Shown: positions 10,701-19,581 of the stretch, piece after piece
Position numbering within the stretch: the first letter of the stretch is position 1
Layout of the letters: each line of letters begins with the position of its first letter
DNA from: Trueperaceae bacterium
GTDB taxonomy: Bacteria > Deinococcota > Deinococci > Deinococcales > Trueperaceae
Length of the DNA: 64,000 nucleotides
NCBI GenBank assembly: GCA_965214405.1
Contig: OZ243956.1
Location: 4,224,001-4,288,000 of the forward strand
Reading direction: 5' to 3'
Notes under the pieces: generated by a model
The model's input: only the letters and a program-made list of their open reading frames with translations
Databases searched by the model: none
What the model was told of the DNA's origin: nothing
Translations under genes and position numbers: made by a program

Positions 10701-10898
10701 GTCGAAAACTTTGTAGACCTGTTTTTCCAAAGAGTTTTTCGAGAGTATTGTCAAGGTGAAAGAGCGTTGCTGAGGGAGAGATCTAATCTTCTCAGAAATG
10801 GTTGCGAGGCCTACTACGTGAAAAAGTATGGCAAGCAGGCTGATAAATCTTCGCAAAATGAACCGCCGAAACAGGAGAACCACAATGAAAACATTTGA
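7779..10898 (+). CDS. cas10d: Type I-D large subunit Cas10d/Csc3 (HD nuclease domain)
   Basis: DQSMAVHLLN...LHDLNK HD motif; CTICS...CALC Zn motif; YLHLYPNYFFTPET; AAGGAG RBS; position between cas3' and csc2. Confidence 0.9.
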   Translation: MDTDWLFDIEEDISQERDELPQPPLVRLALDSLIMPEDRVLHDWIGRVFPFILDHLSLEGAKGLSIEATRPLIPDGLTEDKAEEIVKKFEALDDQSMAVHLLNATLSGWSLVKLAKLDETEQRLYLAGVTLHDLNKIALSKLGELRLDGEDTTKYTQSFEAWGTKLNLWEFISKGYWQDAAFLAQNAEVSRGENRTFANYPDAKLTPGKLEKLAPFVYFADLAASIAKNPKDLPEETRAQDIVRRVLRNQYELTYHSTSDNRGLLTQLIHNAVLEKATEVEWIPILFFPKGITYLRPVNALSIDLAPVPQLVRNAIMMVLRPRIQDFIVHDRTKAARGGQYDEGILEIADLQTICSTLISYMISRIGEKSKIVIGERREKLLDKAPKLANELGWDYPIHRHADIVAESFAAINRVVANYYSKKGKASSQEQCRVALRLILALGMKEHAKAWTAIESKEYASSFGGTAHGWYYIGGHFAKKHSAVSDAELEERMNAAVDEVLRKMEKIKNPPESKAFSFLEDYVPQTLHVTQANEHAFAGELEAYEKGKATSGGKKTICTICSGTTEVKLEQMGYTNRRVASITKDSNKRGICALCRLDQLLLGKNLDYKRSGVSDKRKEAIVYLHLYPNYFFTPETSRLMNRAYEDFAASRFSNIEGEMREHNYRANWLVRADIFRIHEDPSRGKRFSTEKLEYPPHHLCSYFLTGLPFTDPKGPDANITDTETWAMPALLALFTPIVFGTKVVASRSALPPFDSGGDFRETVVLDEIHPFWKHGMRLERLRLDQLALAVPAALSLYSIISQTSTRQTEKGDVTSWNMLNEATRKVATGPLSLFSYADRISQQQSRRGGVVTTTSGMRPQLANRLVGYYEHLTSYYTKYKLGDTSSMNLVRDLVESYTKFYQASGFAAYARVRPLDIAIKATLDIPPSLDKDEESFKLQITGRLLKMLQGIRSDAVKGYLPGSLWKNEHERIEPVENFVDLFFQRVFREYCQGERALLRERSNLLRNGCEAYYVKKYGKQADKSSQNEPPKQENHNENI
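10437..10898 (+). CDS. cas11d: Cas11d small subunit from internal in-frame start within cas10d (153 aa)
   Basis: AGGGGA at 10421-10426, then in-frame ATG 10437 (MNLVRDLVESYTKFY); internal Cas11d translation is established for type I-D. Confidence 0.65.
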   Translation: MNLVRDLVESYTKFYQASGFAAYARVRPLDIAIKATLDIPPSLDKDEESFKLQITGRLLKMLQGIRSDAVKGYLPGSLWKNEHERIEPVENFVDLFFQRVFREYCQGERALLRERSNLLRNGCEAYYVKKYGKQADKSSQNEPPKQENHNENI

Positions 10899-11829
10899 TA
10901 TCTACAAAGACCACTTCCAGGAGCGTATTCCGCTGCGCCCCGGTGCCAAGTATGCGCACGTCATCGTGCTCCGCAAAACCGAGAGCTATGCGGTATTTAA
11001 GACCGACGGCGAACTCAACACGGCTCGAGTCCGCGCGGGCGTAGAGGACCAAACGCTCATGACCCGCCTCACCATCTTCAAGCGTAAGCAAACCACGCCC
11101 GAACGCCTTACGGGGCGCGCCCTTTTACGCCGCTACGACCTCCTACCCGAAGAGGACGTTTACAACCAGAAGTTCACGCCCGACTCGCCTGACTCGGTTC
11201 TTTACGGCTACGCTATCGGCGACAGCGGTTCCGAAAAGTCCAAAGTTTATGTGGACACGGCGTACTCGCTCACCTCATATGACAAATCGCACGAGACGAT
11301 GACGCTGAACGCCCCCTTTGAGGACGGCACGATGACGCAGGGCAGCACCACGACCAACCGTTTTAGCGAACAAGACCACGTCATCCCCGAGATTTATTTC
11401 CCCAGCGTTGTTACCTTGCGCGACCCCACGCCCAACGGTCTCGCGTACGTTCTTAACAATATCCGCCGCACCAAACGTTACGGTGCCCAAACGACGCGCA
11501 CGGGGCGCGTTCACAATGAAATACTCGCGCTCATTTTTGCCGACGGCGAAATCTTCAGCAACCTGCGGTTGGTTCAAGCGGTGCATGACAAATTGGATGG
11601 CGAAGAAAATCCCGATCTAAATACTGTTGTTGCCGATGTGGCTCGAGACCTCGTGCAGCAAGACGGGGTTATTTCTGCGATGGTCGAAGGCGAAGCGTTA
11701 AAGGGGATTCTCACCGATTTGGGCGAAACGTTCACGGACAGCGAAAAGCTGCGAGCGTTCCTTACAGCACTATGTGAAGACACCAAAGACTACGCTAAAC
11801 GCGTCGAGGAAAACGCCAAGAAAAGATAA
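10885..11829 (+). CDS. cas7: Type I-D Cas7/Csc2 backbone
   Basis: IFKRKQTTPERLTGR, DSVLYGYAIGDSGSEKSKV, YFPSVVTLRD, YGAQTTRTG; AGGAG RBS. Confidence 0.92.
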   Translation: MKTFDIYKDHFQERIPLRPGAKYAHVIVLRKTESYAVFKTDGELNTARVRAGVEDQTLMTRLTIFKRKQTTPERLTGRALLRRYDLLPEEDVYNQKFTPDSPDSVLYGYAIGDSGSEKSKVYVDTAYSLTSYDKSHETMTLNAPFEDGTMTQGSTTTNRFSEQDHVIPEIYFPSVVTLRDPTPNGLAYVLNNIRRTKRYGAQTTRTGRVHNEILALIFADGEIFSNLRLVQAVHDKLDGEENPDLNTVVADVARDLVQQDGVISAMVEGEALKGILTDLGETFTDSEKLRAFLTALCEDTKDYAKRVEENAKKR

Positions 11830-11831
11830 CC

Positions 11832-12494
11832 ATGCACGCGTACCAGTTGACCATCAAGCTTCACGACCTCCTGTTCTACGCGTCTCGTGAACTGGGACGC
11901 ACCTATATCAGTGAGCGGTACTTACACAATTACGCCCTCACTTACGCCCTTGGTTTCGCCACAAGCAGCTACCACGACAGCGTTCAAGTTCCTCATTACC
12001 GTGAGGATTTAGAATCGCTTAACGAGCTCGGGGTCTACGTGACCCCGGCCAAACCCATCAGAATGGAAACTGCGCAGCACACCTTCAAGTTTGCCGATAA
12101 CCGCTACTCGGTCAAGATGGAACCGTCGAGCGTTAACATTCCCACCTTTGGGAGGGTGCGTGAGGTGATGCCCGAATCCTCTTATGAAGCCTTTGTCCTC
12201 GCGCAAGAACCGCAAATGTTGCCCCGCTGGATTCGCTTAGGCAAGTGGCTTAGCAAAGCGGCTGTTCACGCCGAAGAGCTTGAAGTGAGCGAAGGTCAGG
12301 GCGATTTCATTTCGCAGCATCCGCTCAACAGGCTCGACGTGCCTCCTGAAACCGACGTCAAACTCTATGACCTCATCAATATGCCGCCCGTTTCACTTAT
12401 AGAACATGCTCGTCTTCATGGCGCGTTCTACCGTTTGAAAAAAGAGAATAAGGAAATTACCCTGTTACCTAAAGGTTTGGCTTATACGTTCTGA
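11832..12494 (+). CDS. cas5: Type I-D Cas5/Csc1
   Basis: LFYASRELG, LHNYALTYALG, YVTPA, LPRWIRLGKWLSKA, NMPPVSL. Confidence 0.92.
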   Translation: MHAYQLTIKLHDLLFYASRELGRTYISERYLHNYALTYALGFATSSYHDSVQVPHYREDLESLNELGVYVTPAKPIRMETAQHTFKFADNRYSVKMEPSSVNIPTFGRVREVMPESSYEAFVLAQEPQMLPRWIRLGKWLSKAAVHAEELEVSEGQGDFISQHPLNRLDVPPETDVKLYDLINMPPVSLIEHARLHGAFYRLKKENKEITLLPKGLAYTF

Positions 12495-13282
12495 TGCCCC
12501 ACGCCTTCCTCCTCCACCTCACCCCCACCACCCACACCCCCACCCACCCCTACCTCCACCACTACACCCACGGCCTCTTCTACCACCTCCTAGAAACCGT
12601 CAACCCCACCCTAAGCGCCCACATCCACGCCGCCACGCGCAACCCCTTCACCCTCTGGGCCAGAGAAGAGCGGGGCGGTATCTTGCTGCGCGTCACTATT
12701 TTGGATGACGCGCTTTTTCAGCCGCTCTTGAGCGCCACCTTGCAAGAATCCTTGACCGGCCTCGAGCTGGGCCACGACCGGTACCGCGTGGCTAGGGTCT
12801 TAGCCACACCCGAGGGTCACCGGGACGCGGGCTTCTTAGGCTGGGAGGATGTCTTGTGCGCGCCTCCCACTGACAGGCTCGAGCTACACTTTCTTACCCC
12901 CACGGTCTTCGCCACCTCGAAAAACGACAAGCGCCTCTACACGCCGTTGCCCCTGCCCAGACTCGTTTTGAAAAGTTTGCTGACGGCCTTTCAGCGCTAT
13001 AGCCCCAGGCCCTACAGCGAACCGGAGGTGGGCGCGCTCGAGGAGGCCTTTGACGAGGTGGTCGTCCTGCGCCACGACATTGAGACGCGCCTCCACAAGG
13101 CGGGCAAGGCCAGATTAACGGGCTTCGTGGGGAGCGCCACCTTGCGTTACACCGACTCGGCGGTGGCGGTTGACAAGGTGCTGGGGCGGTTGGGGCAGCT
13201 CGCCTTTTTTAGCGGCGTGGGGGCCAAAACGCCTTATGGGATGGGGCAGGTTCGGGTGGTTCGGGTGCAAAGCGTTAAGTAG
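12494..13282 (+). CDS. cas6: CRISPR endoribonuclease Cas6
   Basis: FLTPTVF, GFVGS, C-terminal Gly-rich loop FFSGVGAKTPYGMGQ. Confidence 0.92.
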   Translation: MPHAFLLHLTPTTHTPTHPYLHHYTHGLFYHLLETVNPTLSAHIHAATRNPFTLWAREERGGILLRVTILDDALFQPLLSATLQESLTGLELGHDRYRVARVLATPEGHRDAGFLGWEDVLCAPPTDRLELHFLTPTVFATSKNDKRLYTPLPLPRLVLKSLLTAFQRYSPRPYSEPEVGALEEAFDEVVVLRHDIETRLHKAGKARLTGFVGSATLRYTDSAVAVDKVLGRLGQLAFFSGVGAKTPYGMGQVRVVRVQSVK

Positions 13283-13314
13283 CGCGCAGCTCCGAAAAGC
13301 CCTATGATGAGCGT

Positions 13315-13551
13315 ATGAGCGAAGCCGAGCTGCTAAACCGCATCACCCTCGACCCCGAGGTCTGTCACGGCAAGCCCTGTATTCGGGGGCTCAGGTATCC
13401 GGTCGAGACGATGCTGGAACTTTTGGGGAGCGGCATGTCGTTCGCCGAGATTCTGGTCGACTATGAAGACCTCGAGCGTGAAGACTTGCAGGCGGTTTTG
13501 GCCTACGCTACAAGACTCAGCCGGGTGAAACGCACGATTCCTGTGGCGTGA
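13315..13551 (+). CDS. DUF433 antitoxin-like protein
   Basis: RITLDPEVCHGKPCIRGLRYPV; leaderless TATGAT 6 nt before ATG. Confidence 0.88.
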   Translation: MSEAELLNRITLDPEVCHGKPCIRGLRYPVETMLELLGSGMSFAEILVDYEDLEREDLQAVLAYATRLSRVKRTIPVA

Positions 13552-13919
13552 GCCGTTTTTTGATCGACGCCCAGTTGCCTCGGCGTTTGGCGCGGATGAT
13601 GAAGGCGGCTGGCCTGGACGCCCTTCATACGCTGGACCTACCCGGCGGAAACAGGACAAAGGATTCGGAGATGAATGCCCTCTCGTTAGATGAGAAACGA
13701 ATCGTCGTCACGAAAGATGCCGACTTCGTCCAATCTTTCTTGCTACAGGGTCGCCCCCACAAACTCTTACTGGTCAGTACGGGCAATATCAGTAATAATG
13801 ACTTGCTCACACTGTTCGAGGCAAAGTTGACCCCGATGGTTGAGAGCTTTGAAACGGTTGACTTTGTTGAGCTGACCCGAGAGTTCCTTATCCTCCACGG
13901 TGCAGAAGACCTGCCATAA
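13548..13919 (+). CDS. DUF5615 PIN-like (VapC45-type) toxin
   Basis: RFLIDAQLP...IVVTKDADF; GTGA overlap with DUF433 gene. Confidence 0.85.
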   Translation: MSRFLIDAQLPRRLARMMKAAGLDALHTLDLPGGNRTKDSEMNALSLDEKRIVVTKDADFVQSFLLQGRPHKLLLVSTGNISNNDLLTLFEAKLTPMVESFETVDFVELTREFLILHGAEDLP

Positions 13920-14036
13920 GTTGTTGTAAGCTTTCCGGCCAGTGTCAGGGCGAGAGTTTGCGTTTAGGACCGTCCACGCCCCCAAATTGGCACGTTGGGG
14001 GAGGCCGAAGCGTCTCCGACGGTGCGCCAGTCTCCT

Positions 14037-14072
14037 TCGTTGGAATCTCATTGGAAGGTCGTTCTCTATAGT
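14037..14072 (+). promoter_or_regulatory. Direct-repeat operator (TCGTTGGAA, TCATTGGAA, partial TCGTT; 11-bp period) plus -10 TATAGT upstream of cas4
   Basis: Repeats at 14037-14045, 14048-14056, 14059-14063; TATAGT 14067-14072. Confidence 0.65.
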
Positions 14073-14117
14073 TTTTCAGGGGGCTATCCCTGTTACCCCT
14101 GTTACGGAGGCGAGACC

Positions 14118-14675
14118 TTGGATTACCTGCCCATCAGCAAAGTCAACACGGTCGTTTTCTGCGCGCGCCGCTACTACATCGAGGGGCTTTTGGCGGACAC
14201 CGTGACGAACCACCACATGACCGAGGGCAGCGCCCTGCACGAGCGGACGAAGCGCGAGGGCGAAGGCGTCTGGGTGTGGAGCGACGTTTTGGGCTTGAGC
14301 GGCGTTATCGACCGGGTCACGTGTGAAGACGGCGACTGGGTCATTACCGAGTTCAAAAAGGGTTACTTGGCCGACCACAAAAGCGACCAGGTCCAGCTTT
14401 GCGCCCTGGCGATGTGTTTTGAGGAGGTTCACGGGGTTGGGCTCACGCACGGCTATATCTACTACCACCGCACCCGCAGGCGGCTCGAGGTCCCCTACAC
14501 CCCCGAACTGCGCCGGGAGGTCACGGACGCCGTGGCGCTGATGCGGCGGCTTGCAGCCCAAGATACCTACCCGCCCGTTATCGACAACCCAAACAAGTGC
14601 CGCGGTTGCAGCGTGCGCGAAAGTTGTCAACCCGCGCTGACGCGCACGCGTTTGCCGCGCTGGAAGGGGGCGTAA
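14118..14675 (+). CDS. cas4: CRISPR-associated Cas4
   Basis: GGAGG RBS then TTG; FCARR, GVID...EFKKG, QLCA, KCRGCSVRESC. Confidence 0.92.
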   Translation: MDYLPISKVNTVVFCARRYYIEGLLADTVTNHHMTEGSALHERTKREGEGVWVWSDVLGLSGVIDRVTCEDGDWVITEFKKGYLADHKSDQVQLCALAMCFEEVHGVGLTHGYIYYHRTRRRLEVPYTPELRREVTDAVALMRRLAAQDTYPPVIDNPNKCRGCSVRESCQPALTRTRLPRWKGA

Positions 14676-15643
14676 TGGGAACGCTTTATGTGCTCGAGCC
14701 CGACGTGTATCTCTCCAAAGACGGCGGGGTCTTGAAGGTCACGCGCAAGCGCGAGACGCTGCTCGAGCGCCCCCTGGCCCACGTGTCCGACGTGGTGATT
14801 TTAGGCCGCGCCACGGTCAGCGCCGGGGCGGTGCAGGCCTGCGCCGAGCAGGGCACCGCCATTCACTACCTGAGCCGGGGCGGCAAGTATCTGGCGCAAA
14901 TCGCGCCCGTTGAGAACAAAAACGTGCCGGTCAGAATCAAACAGTACGAAGCTTACCTAGACCCGCAGCGGAAGCACGCGCTGGCGCGGCGCTTCGTCGA
15001 GGGCAAGGTCCACAACGCCGTTGTCTTCGCGCGGCGCGGCGGGGCCGACGTTGCTGAACTCAACGCGCTCGTCAAGCCCATCGAACGCTGTCAGGAGACC
15101 GAGTCTTTGCGTGGCTTAGAGGGCAACGCGGCCAGGCTCTACTTCGGCCTCCTTAAAGACAAGTTCCCCGCCGCCTTCGCCCCCGACGCCCGCAGCAAAC
15201 GCCCCCCGCGCGACCCGGCGAACAGCCTCCTGTCTCTCGCCTACACCTTTTTGTCGAAAGAGTGCGGGACGGCGCTCCGCGTCGCCGGGCTCGACCCCTA
15301 CGTCGGCTACCTCCACGAGGCCAAGTACGGTCGGCCCGCCCTGGCGCTCGACCTGATGGAGGAGTTCCGCTCGATTCTCGCGGACTCGGTTACCTTAACG
15401 CTTTTCAACCGGGGCATGATAACGGAAGAAATGTTCGAAGAGAGCCGCGGCTACCCCACCCTGACCGACGACGGCTTCAAGCAGTTCTTGCGGGCCTGGG
15501 AGGACCGGCTCAACCAACAGGTCAAACACCCCCACCTAAACCAGAAGCTCGACTACCGCCAGATTATGCTGGCCCAGGCGCGCATCTTGGGCAAGCACCT
15601 CATGGGCGAGCTGCCCGAATACCTGCCCTTTACCGTGCGCTAA
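14675..15643 (+). CDS. cas1: CRISPR-associated integrase Cas1
   Basis: RGLEGNAARLYF, RSKRPPRDPANSLLSLAY, LDPYVGYLH, LALDLMEEFR. Confidence 0.96.
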   Translation: MGTLYVLEPDVYLSKDGGVLKVTRKRETLLERPLAHVSDVVILGRATVSAGAVQACAEQGTAIHYLSRGGKYLAQIAPVENKNVPVRIKQYEAYLDPQRKHALARRFVEGKVHNAVVFARRGGADVAELNALVKPIERCQETESLRGLEGNAARLYFGLLKDKFPAAFAPDARSKRPPRDPANSLLSLAYTFLSKECGTALRVAGLDPYVGYLHEAKYGRPALALDLMEEFRSILADSVTLTLFNRGMITEEMFEESRGYPTLTDDGFKQFLRAWEDRLNQQVKHPHLNQKLDYRQIMLAQARILGKHLMGELPEYLPFTVR

Positions 15644-15921
15644 TGTTTTACCTCATCATCGCCTACGACACGCCCAGCGACAAGCGGCGCAACAAAATCG
15701 TCAAGGTTCTAAAACGCTTTGGGGAGAGGCGGCAGTACAGCCTTTTCGAAGCGCGCGTCAACCGCGACCAGTTGGCGACCCTCAAAAGAGACCTCGCCAA
15801 GTACGCCGATGAAGCGGAAGACACGCTGGCTATCTATTTCCTAACGCCGGAGAGCTTGGCGCGCACCGTACGCATCGGGCACAGCGCCTTGAAACCTTTA
15901 GAGGAGCCCGATTTTGTCTAG
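15643..15921 (+). CDS. cas2: CRISPR-associated Cas2
   Basis: MFYLIIAYDTPSDKRR, QYSLFEA; TAATG coupling to cas1. Confidence 0.95.
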   Translation: MFYLIIAYDTPSDKRRNKIVKVLKRFGERRQYSLFEARVNRDQLATLKRDLAKYADEAEDTLAIYFLTPESLARTVRIGHSALKPLEEPDFV

Positions 15922-16144
15922 CGAGCGTAGGAGCACCTCGAGCCCTCCCTTTGCCCTGAAAGCCGGTAAACGCGTTCAGCACGGGCGGTTTCGTGCTTCA
16001 CCCCTAAAAGAGGTGCTCGCACGCGTCCCAGACGCTAAAATCTCCTTGGGTGCATCTAAGTGGTTTCATTTTGATACACTTGCGAAGCGGTTGCTCGCAG
16101 GGTCTTTGGGAAGCGCCTTTTTCAAGGGTCGGAAAGTGGCCGCA
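15922..16144 (+). promoter_or_regulatory. CRISPR leader
   Basis: Non-coding stretch between cas2 and repeat 1, with a TACACT -10-like hexamer near 16076. Confidence 0.7.
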
Positions 16145-19094
16145 GTCGGAATAGCTGCTAACCTCGTAGAGGATTGAAACTATCAACAGACTTGTTGATA
16201 TTCGGTGATGGGGAGTCGGAATAGCTGCTAACCTCGTAGAGGATTGAAACCTCGAGGTGACACGGCTTCTGCAGCAAGGGGCGAGTCGGAATAGCTGCTA
16301 ACCTCGTAGAGGATTGAAACAGCTTCACCGTGTCGCCGTCAACCACCTCGAGCACGTCGGAATAGCTGCTAACCTCGTAGAGGATTGAAACGTGTTCGGG
16401 CCGTTCATCCGTTCCTCAATTCGTCCGTCGGAATAGCTGCTAACCTCATAGAGGATTGAAACTGGCCTTGGGCTCCGTCCGCTTGGGCGCGTCGCCCGTC
16501 GGAATAGCTGCTAACCTCGTAGAGGATTGAAACGTTGTAAGATGAAGAACTTGTCGGCCGGTGAAAAGGTCGGAATAGCTGCTAACCTCGTAGAGGATTG
16601 AAACATCAGGGAGATGCGTAGCGAGGCACGACCATGAGCGTCGGAATAGCTGCTAACCTCGTAGAGGATTGAAACCAGCAGATCGCGCCTATGGTGACGC
16701 GATCATGGCGCGTCGGAATAGCTGCTAACCTCGTAGAGGATTGAAACTTCGGCGGGCCGCGCTTTCACACCGACTGGACGAGTCGGAATAGCTGCTAACC
16801 TCGTAGAGGATTGAAACATGAACAGGCAACGGCAGCGCCCGCGGCCCGAACTGGTCGGAATAGCTGCTAACCTCGTAGAGGATTGAAACGAGTTCGAAAA
16901 TGCGCTTGCTCGAGAGCGCCAGGGAGGTCGGAATAGCTGCTAACCTCGTAGAGGATTGAAACCATGACGAGATAATCACCCTGGCAAGGTTAGAACGTCG
17001 GAATAGCTGCTAACCTCGTAGAGGATTGAAACTGGTCGAGGACCTGAGCCTATACCGCGGCTTCGCCGTCGGAATAGCTGCTAACCTCGTAGAGGATTGA
17101 AACAACCCAGCCCTGGCCGTCGAAACGTTTCACGGTCGGGTCGGAATAGCTGCTAACCTCGTAGAGGATTGAAACGTTATCTGAAGCGGCGGACAGGCTC
17201 GAGCGGGCGATAAGTCGGAATAGCTGCTAACCTCGTAGAGGATTGAAACTTGATAGACAACGGCCCCTCGTTCACCACGACCAGTCGGAATAGCTGCTAA
17301 CCTCGTAGAGGATTGAAACTCCCTATCCACCGCGTCCTGGATAATCCCCTTGAGTCGGAATAGCTGCTAACCTCGTAGAGGATTGAAACTGTGGCCGTCT
17401 GCCAGGCGAGAGGCGACAAAGTCGGTCGGAATAGCTGCTAACCTCGTAGAGGATTGAAACAGCGGCTGGCAGGGGGCACTTTACGCGGCGGGCACGTCGG
17501 AATAGCTGCTAACCTCGTAGAGGATTGAAACACGCCCAGGCCCCACGAGTCGTTGCAAAAGAGCAGGTCGGAATAGCTGCTAACCTCGTAGAGGATTGAA
17601 ACTCAACTTTCGGCCCGAAACGCTCACCCGCCCCAGTCGGAATAGCTGCTAACCTCGTAGAGGATTGAAACGCCGGTTCGGACGTAGGGCGGGCGCGTGC
17701 CGGTCGGTCGGAATAGCTGCTAACCTCGTAGAGGATTGAAACAAGGAGCGAACACCGGAGCGGCAGCCGCCGAAGTGTCGGAATAGCTGCTAACCTCGTA
17801 GAGGATTGAAACTAGAACCACTAGCCAAGCGCCAGACCCCCGAAAAAAGGTCGGAATAGCTGCTAACCTCGTAGAGGATTGAAACGATGTAGGGGTTCGT
17901 CGTGTAGTCCCCTTCGCCGTTGTCGGAATAGCTGCTAACCTCGTAGAGGATTGAAACCTCTTTTCGGCGTGAGCGTTCCAAGCGGAATCACGTCGGAATA
18001 GCTGCTAACCTCGTAGAGGATTGAAACTTGTAGAGGTCGGCCTGCGTCACCGGATCGGCGCGTCGGAATAGCTGCTAACCTCGTAGAGGATTGAAACGGT
18101 CGTTGTGACGCCCTCCTCGCGCGTGATGGCGTAGTGCGTCGGAATAGCTGCTAACCTCGTAGAGGATTGAAACCGGTGAGACGACCTTCGGCCTCATCGC
18201 CCAGAGCCCCGTCGGAATAGCTGCTAACCTCGTAGAGGATTGAAACCTGCGCCTACCTCGAGCTTTACCCCGACGTGTACGTCGGAATAGCTGCTAACCT
18301 CGTAGAGGATTGAAACGGCGAGCTGGGCGGCCAGGATGCCCTGCTGGATTGTCGGAATAGCTGCTAACCTCGTAGAGGATTGAAACAAAAAGCGCCTATT
18401 GCCCCCAGAACTCTGCGGCGGCGTCGGAATAGCTGCTAACCTCGTAGAGGATTGAAACTGGTAGCCGTAAGGAAAGCGCGAGCCCGACGGGGTAGTCGGA
18501 ATAGCTGCTAACCTCGTAGAGGATTGAAACTTGACCAGCGGCGCGAAGAACCGGTGCAGCTCGACGTCGGAATAGCTGCTAACCTCGTAGAGGATTGAAA
18601 CTTCAACCGCCGCGCCCCCCGCGCGCCCTACACCCGTCGGAATAGCTGCTAACCTCGTAGAGGATTGAAACTGTATCACGCAAAGTCTCAAGCAAAGGCC
18701 CACCTAGTCGGAATAGCTGCTAACCTCGTAGAGGATTGAAACTATCACAATGAGCGGTTTCATGGCAGTATCCCCCTGTCGGAATAGCTGCTAACCTCGT
18801 AGAGGATTGAAACCCAGAAGTAGGGCAGCGGCGGGGCGGCGTCGTCGCGTCGGAATAGCTGCTAACCTCGTAGAGGATTGAAACACCGTTGACGACCTGA
18901 ATGAGCATGACTGGGACGTGTCGGAATAGCTGCTAACCTCGTAGAGGATTGAAACTTGACATCCCAGAGATTCATGGCGACGTGCTCGGTCGGAATAGCT
19001 GCTAACCTCGTAGAGGATTGAAACCTGGCCGCAAACTGCTGGATGTCCTTGAGGACTAGTCGGAATAGCTGCTAACCTCGTAGAGGATTGAAAC
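16145..19094 (+). CRISPR. CRISPR array: 42 repeats GTCGGAATAGCTGCTAACCTCGTAGAGGATTGAAAC (36 bp), 41 spacers of about 33-40 bp
   Basis: Counted by eye; one variant repeat at 16427 (CATA for CGTA); orientation from ATTGAAAC 3' end, leader position and distal degeneration. Confidence 0.97.
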
Positions 19095-19108
19095 AAGGTC
19101 TTTGCTCG

Positions 19109-19381
19109 TCAGACCGCGACGGTTTCCTCGTCAGGCAGGGCGTCTAAAAGTTCGTCTAAGCACTCGAGCGTTACCCCGCTGTGGCCCTTAAGGTGACTTA
19201 CGGAGCTGTAGAGCTCGCTCTCTAAGTCCTCCTTGCGCCCTCCCGTGGCACTCTGAAGTTCAGAAAGTAGCTCGAGAAAACGTCTGGCCTCGTCAGCGAG
19301 TTCGGCTAAAAGCACGGTCGAGGCGTGCAGCCGCTCTTCACCGACCTCTTCGGGGGTGTAACCGAGAATGTGAGTCATCAT
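19109..19381 (-). CDS. 90-aa acidic helical hypothetical protein inside the CRISPR array
   Basis: LLAELADEARRFLELL...; ATGA coupling to upstream gene. Confidence 0.75.
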   Translation of the reverse strand: MMTHILGYTPEEVGEERLHASTVLLAELADEARRFLELLSELQSATGGRKEDLESELYSSVSHLKGHSGVTLECLDELLDALPDEETVAV

Positions 19382-19581
19382 GCCGTCCTTTCGGGTAAGC
19401 CTAGCTTTTGGCGAAGATAGTTGATTTCAACCAACCTGCCCGCGATCTCTTTTTCCCAATACTTAATGAGACCTTCGTTCGGCCCTCCCTTACGCCTCTC
19501 GTCGGCCACCTTCAGGTAGTGCTCGATGAGACGCTCTTCTAACTTTGCCAGGCGCTTGCGGTACCCTTTGTTCTTACCCAC
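19378..19581 (-). CDS. 67-aa basic hypothetical protein inside the CRISPR array
   Basis: TG-C-TATACT -10 (19588-19593) 6 nt before GTG; GKNKGYRKRLAKLEERLIEHYLKV...PNEGLIKYWEKEI. Confidence 0.75.
   Translation of the reverse strand: MGKNKGYRKRLAKLEERLIEHYLKVADERRKGGPNEGLIKYWEKEIAGRLVEINYLRQKLGLPERTA

Noticed and set aside
13920..14036. Possible CreTA-like mini-array between the cas6 region and cas4
   Set aside because: No repeat-like sequence recognisable; only the direct-repeat promoter was found.
16066..16079. TCATTTTGATACAC shared by the CRISPR leader and the GGDEF upstream region (56410-56423)
   Set aside because: A single AT-rich 14-mer with no internal symmetry; cannot be distinguished from chance or promoter similarity.
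16004..19096. Many minus-strand ORFs with repeated FQSSTRLAAIPT / VSILYEVSSYSD
   Set aside because: These are translations of the CRISPR repeat, not genes.
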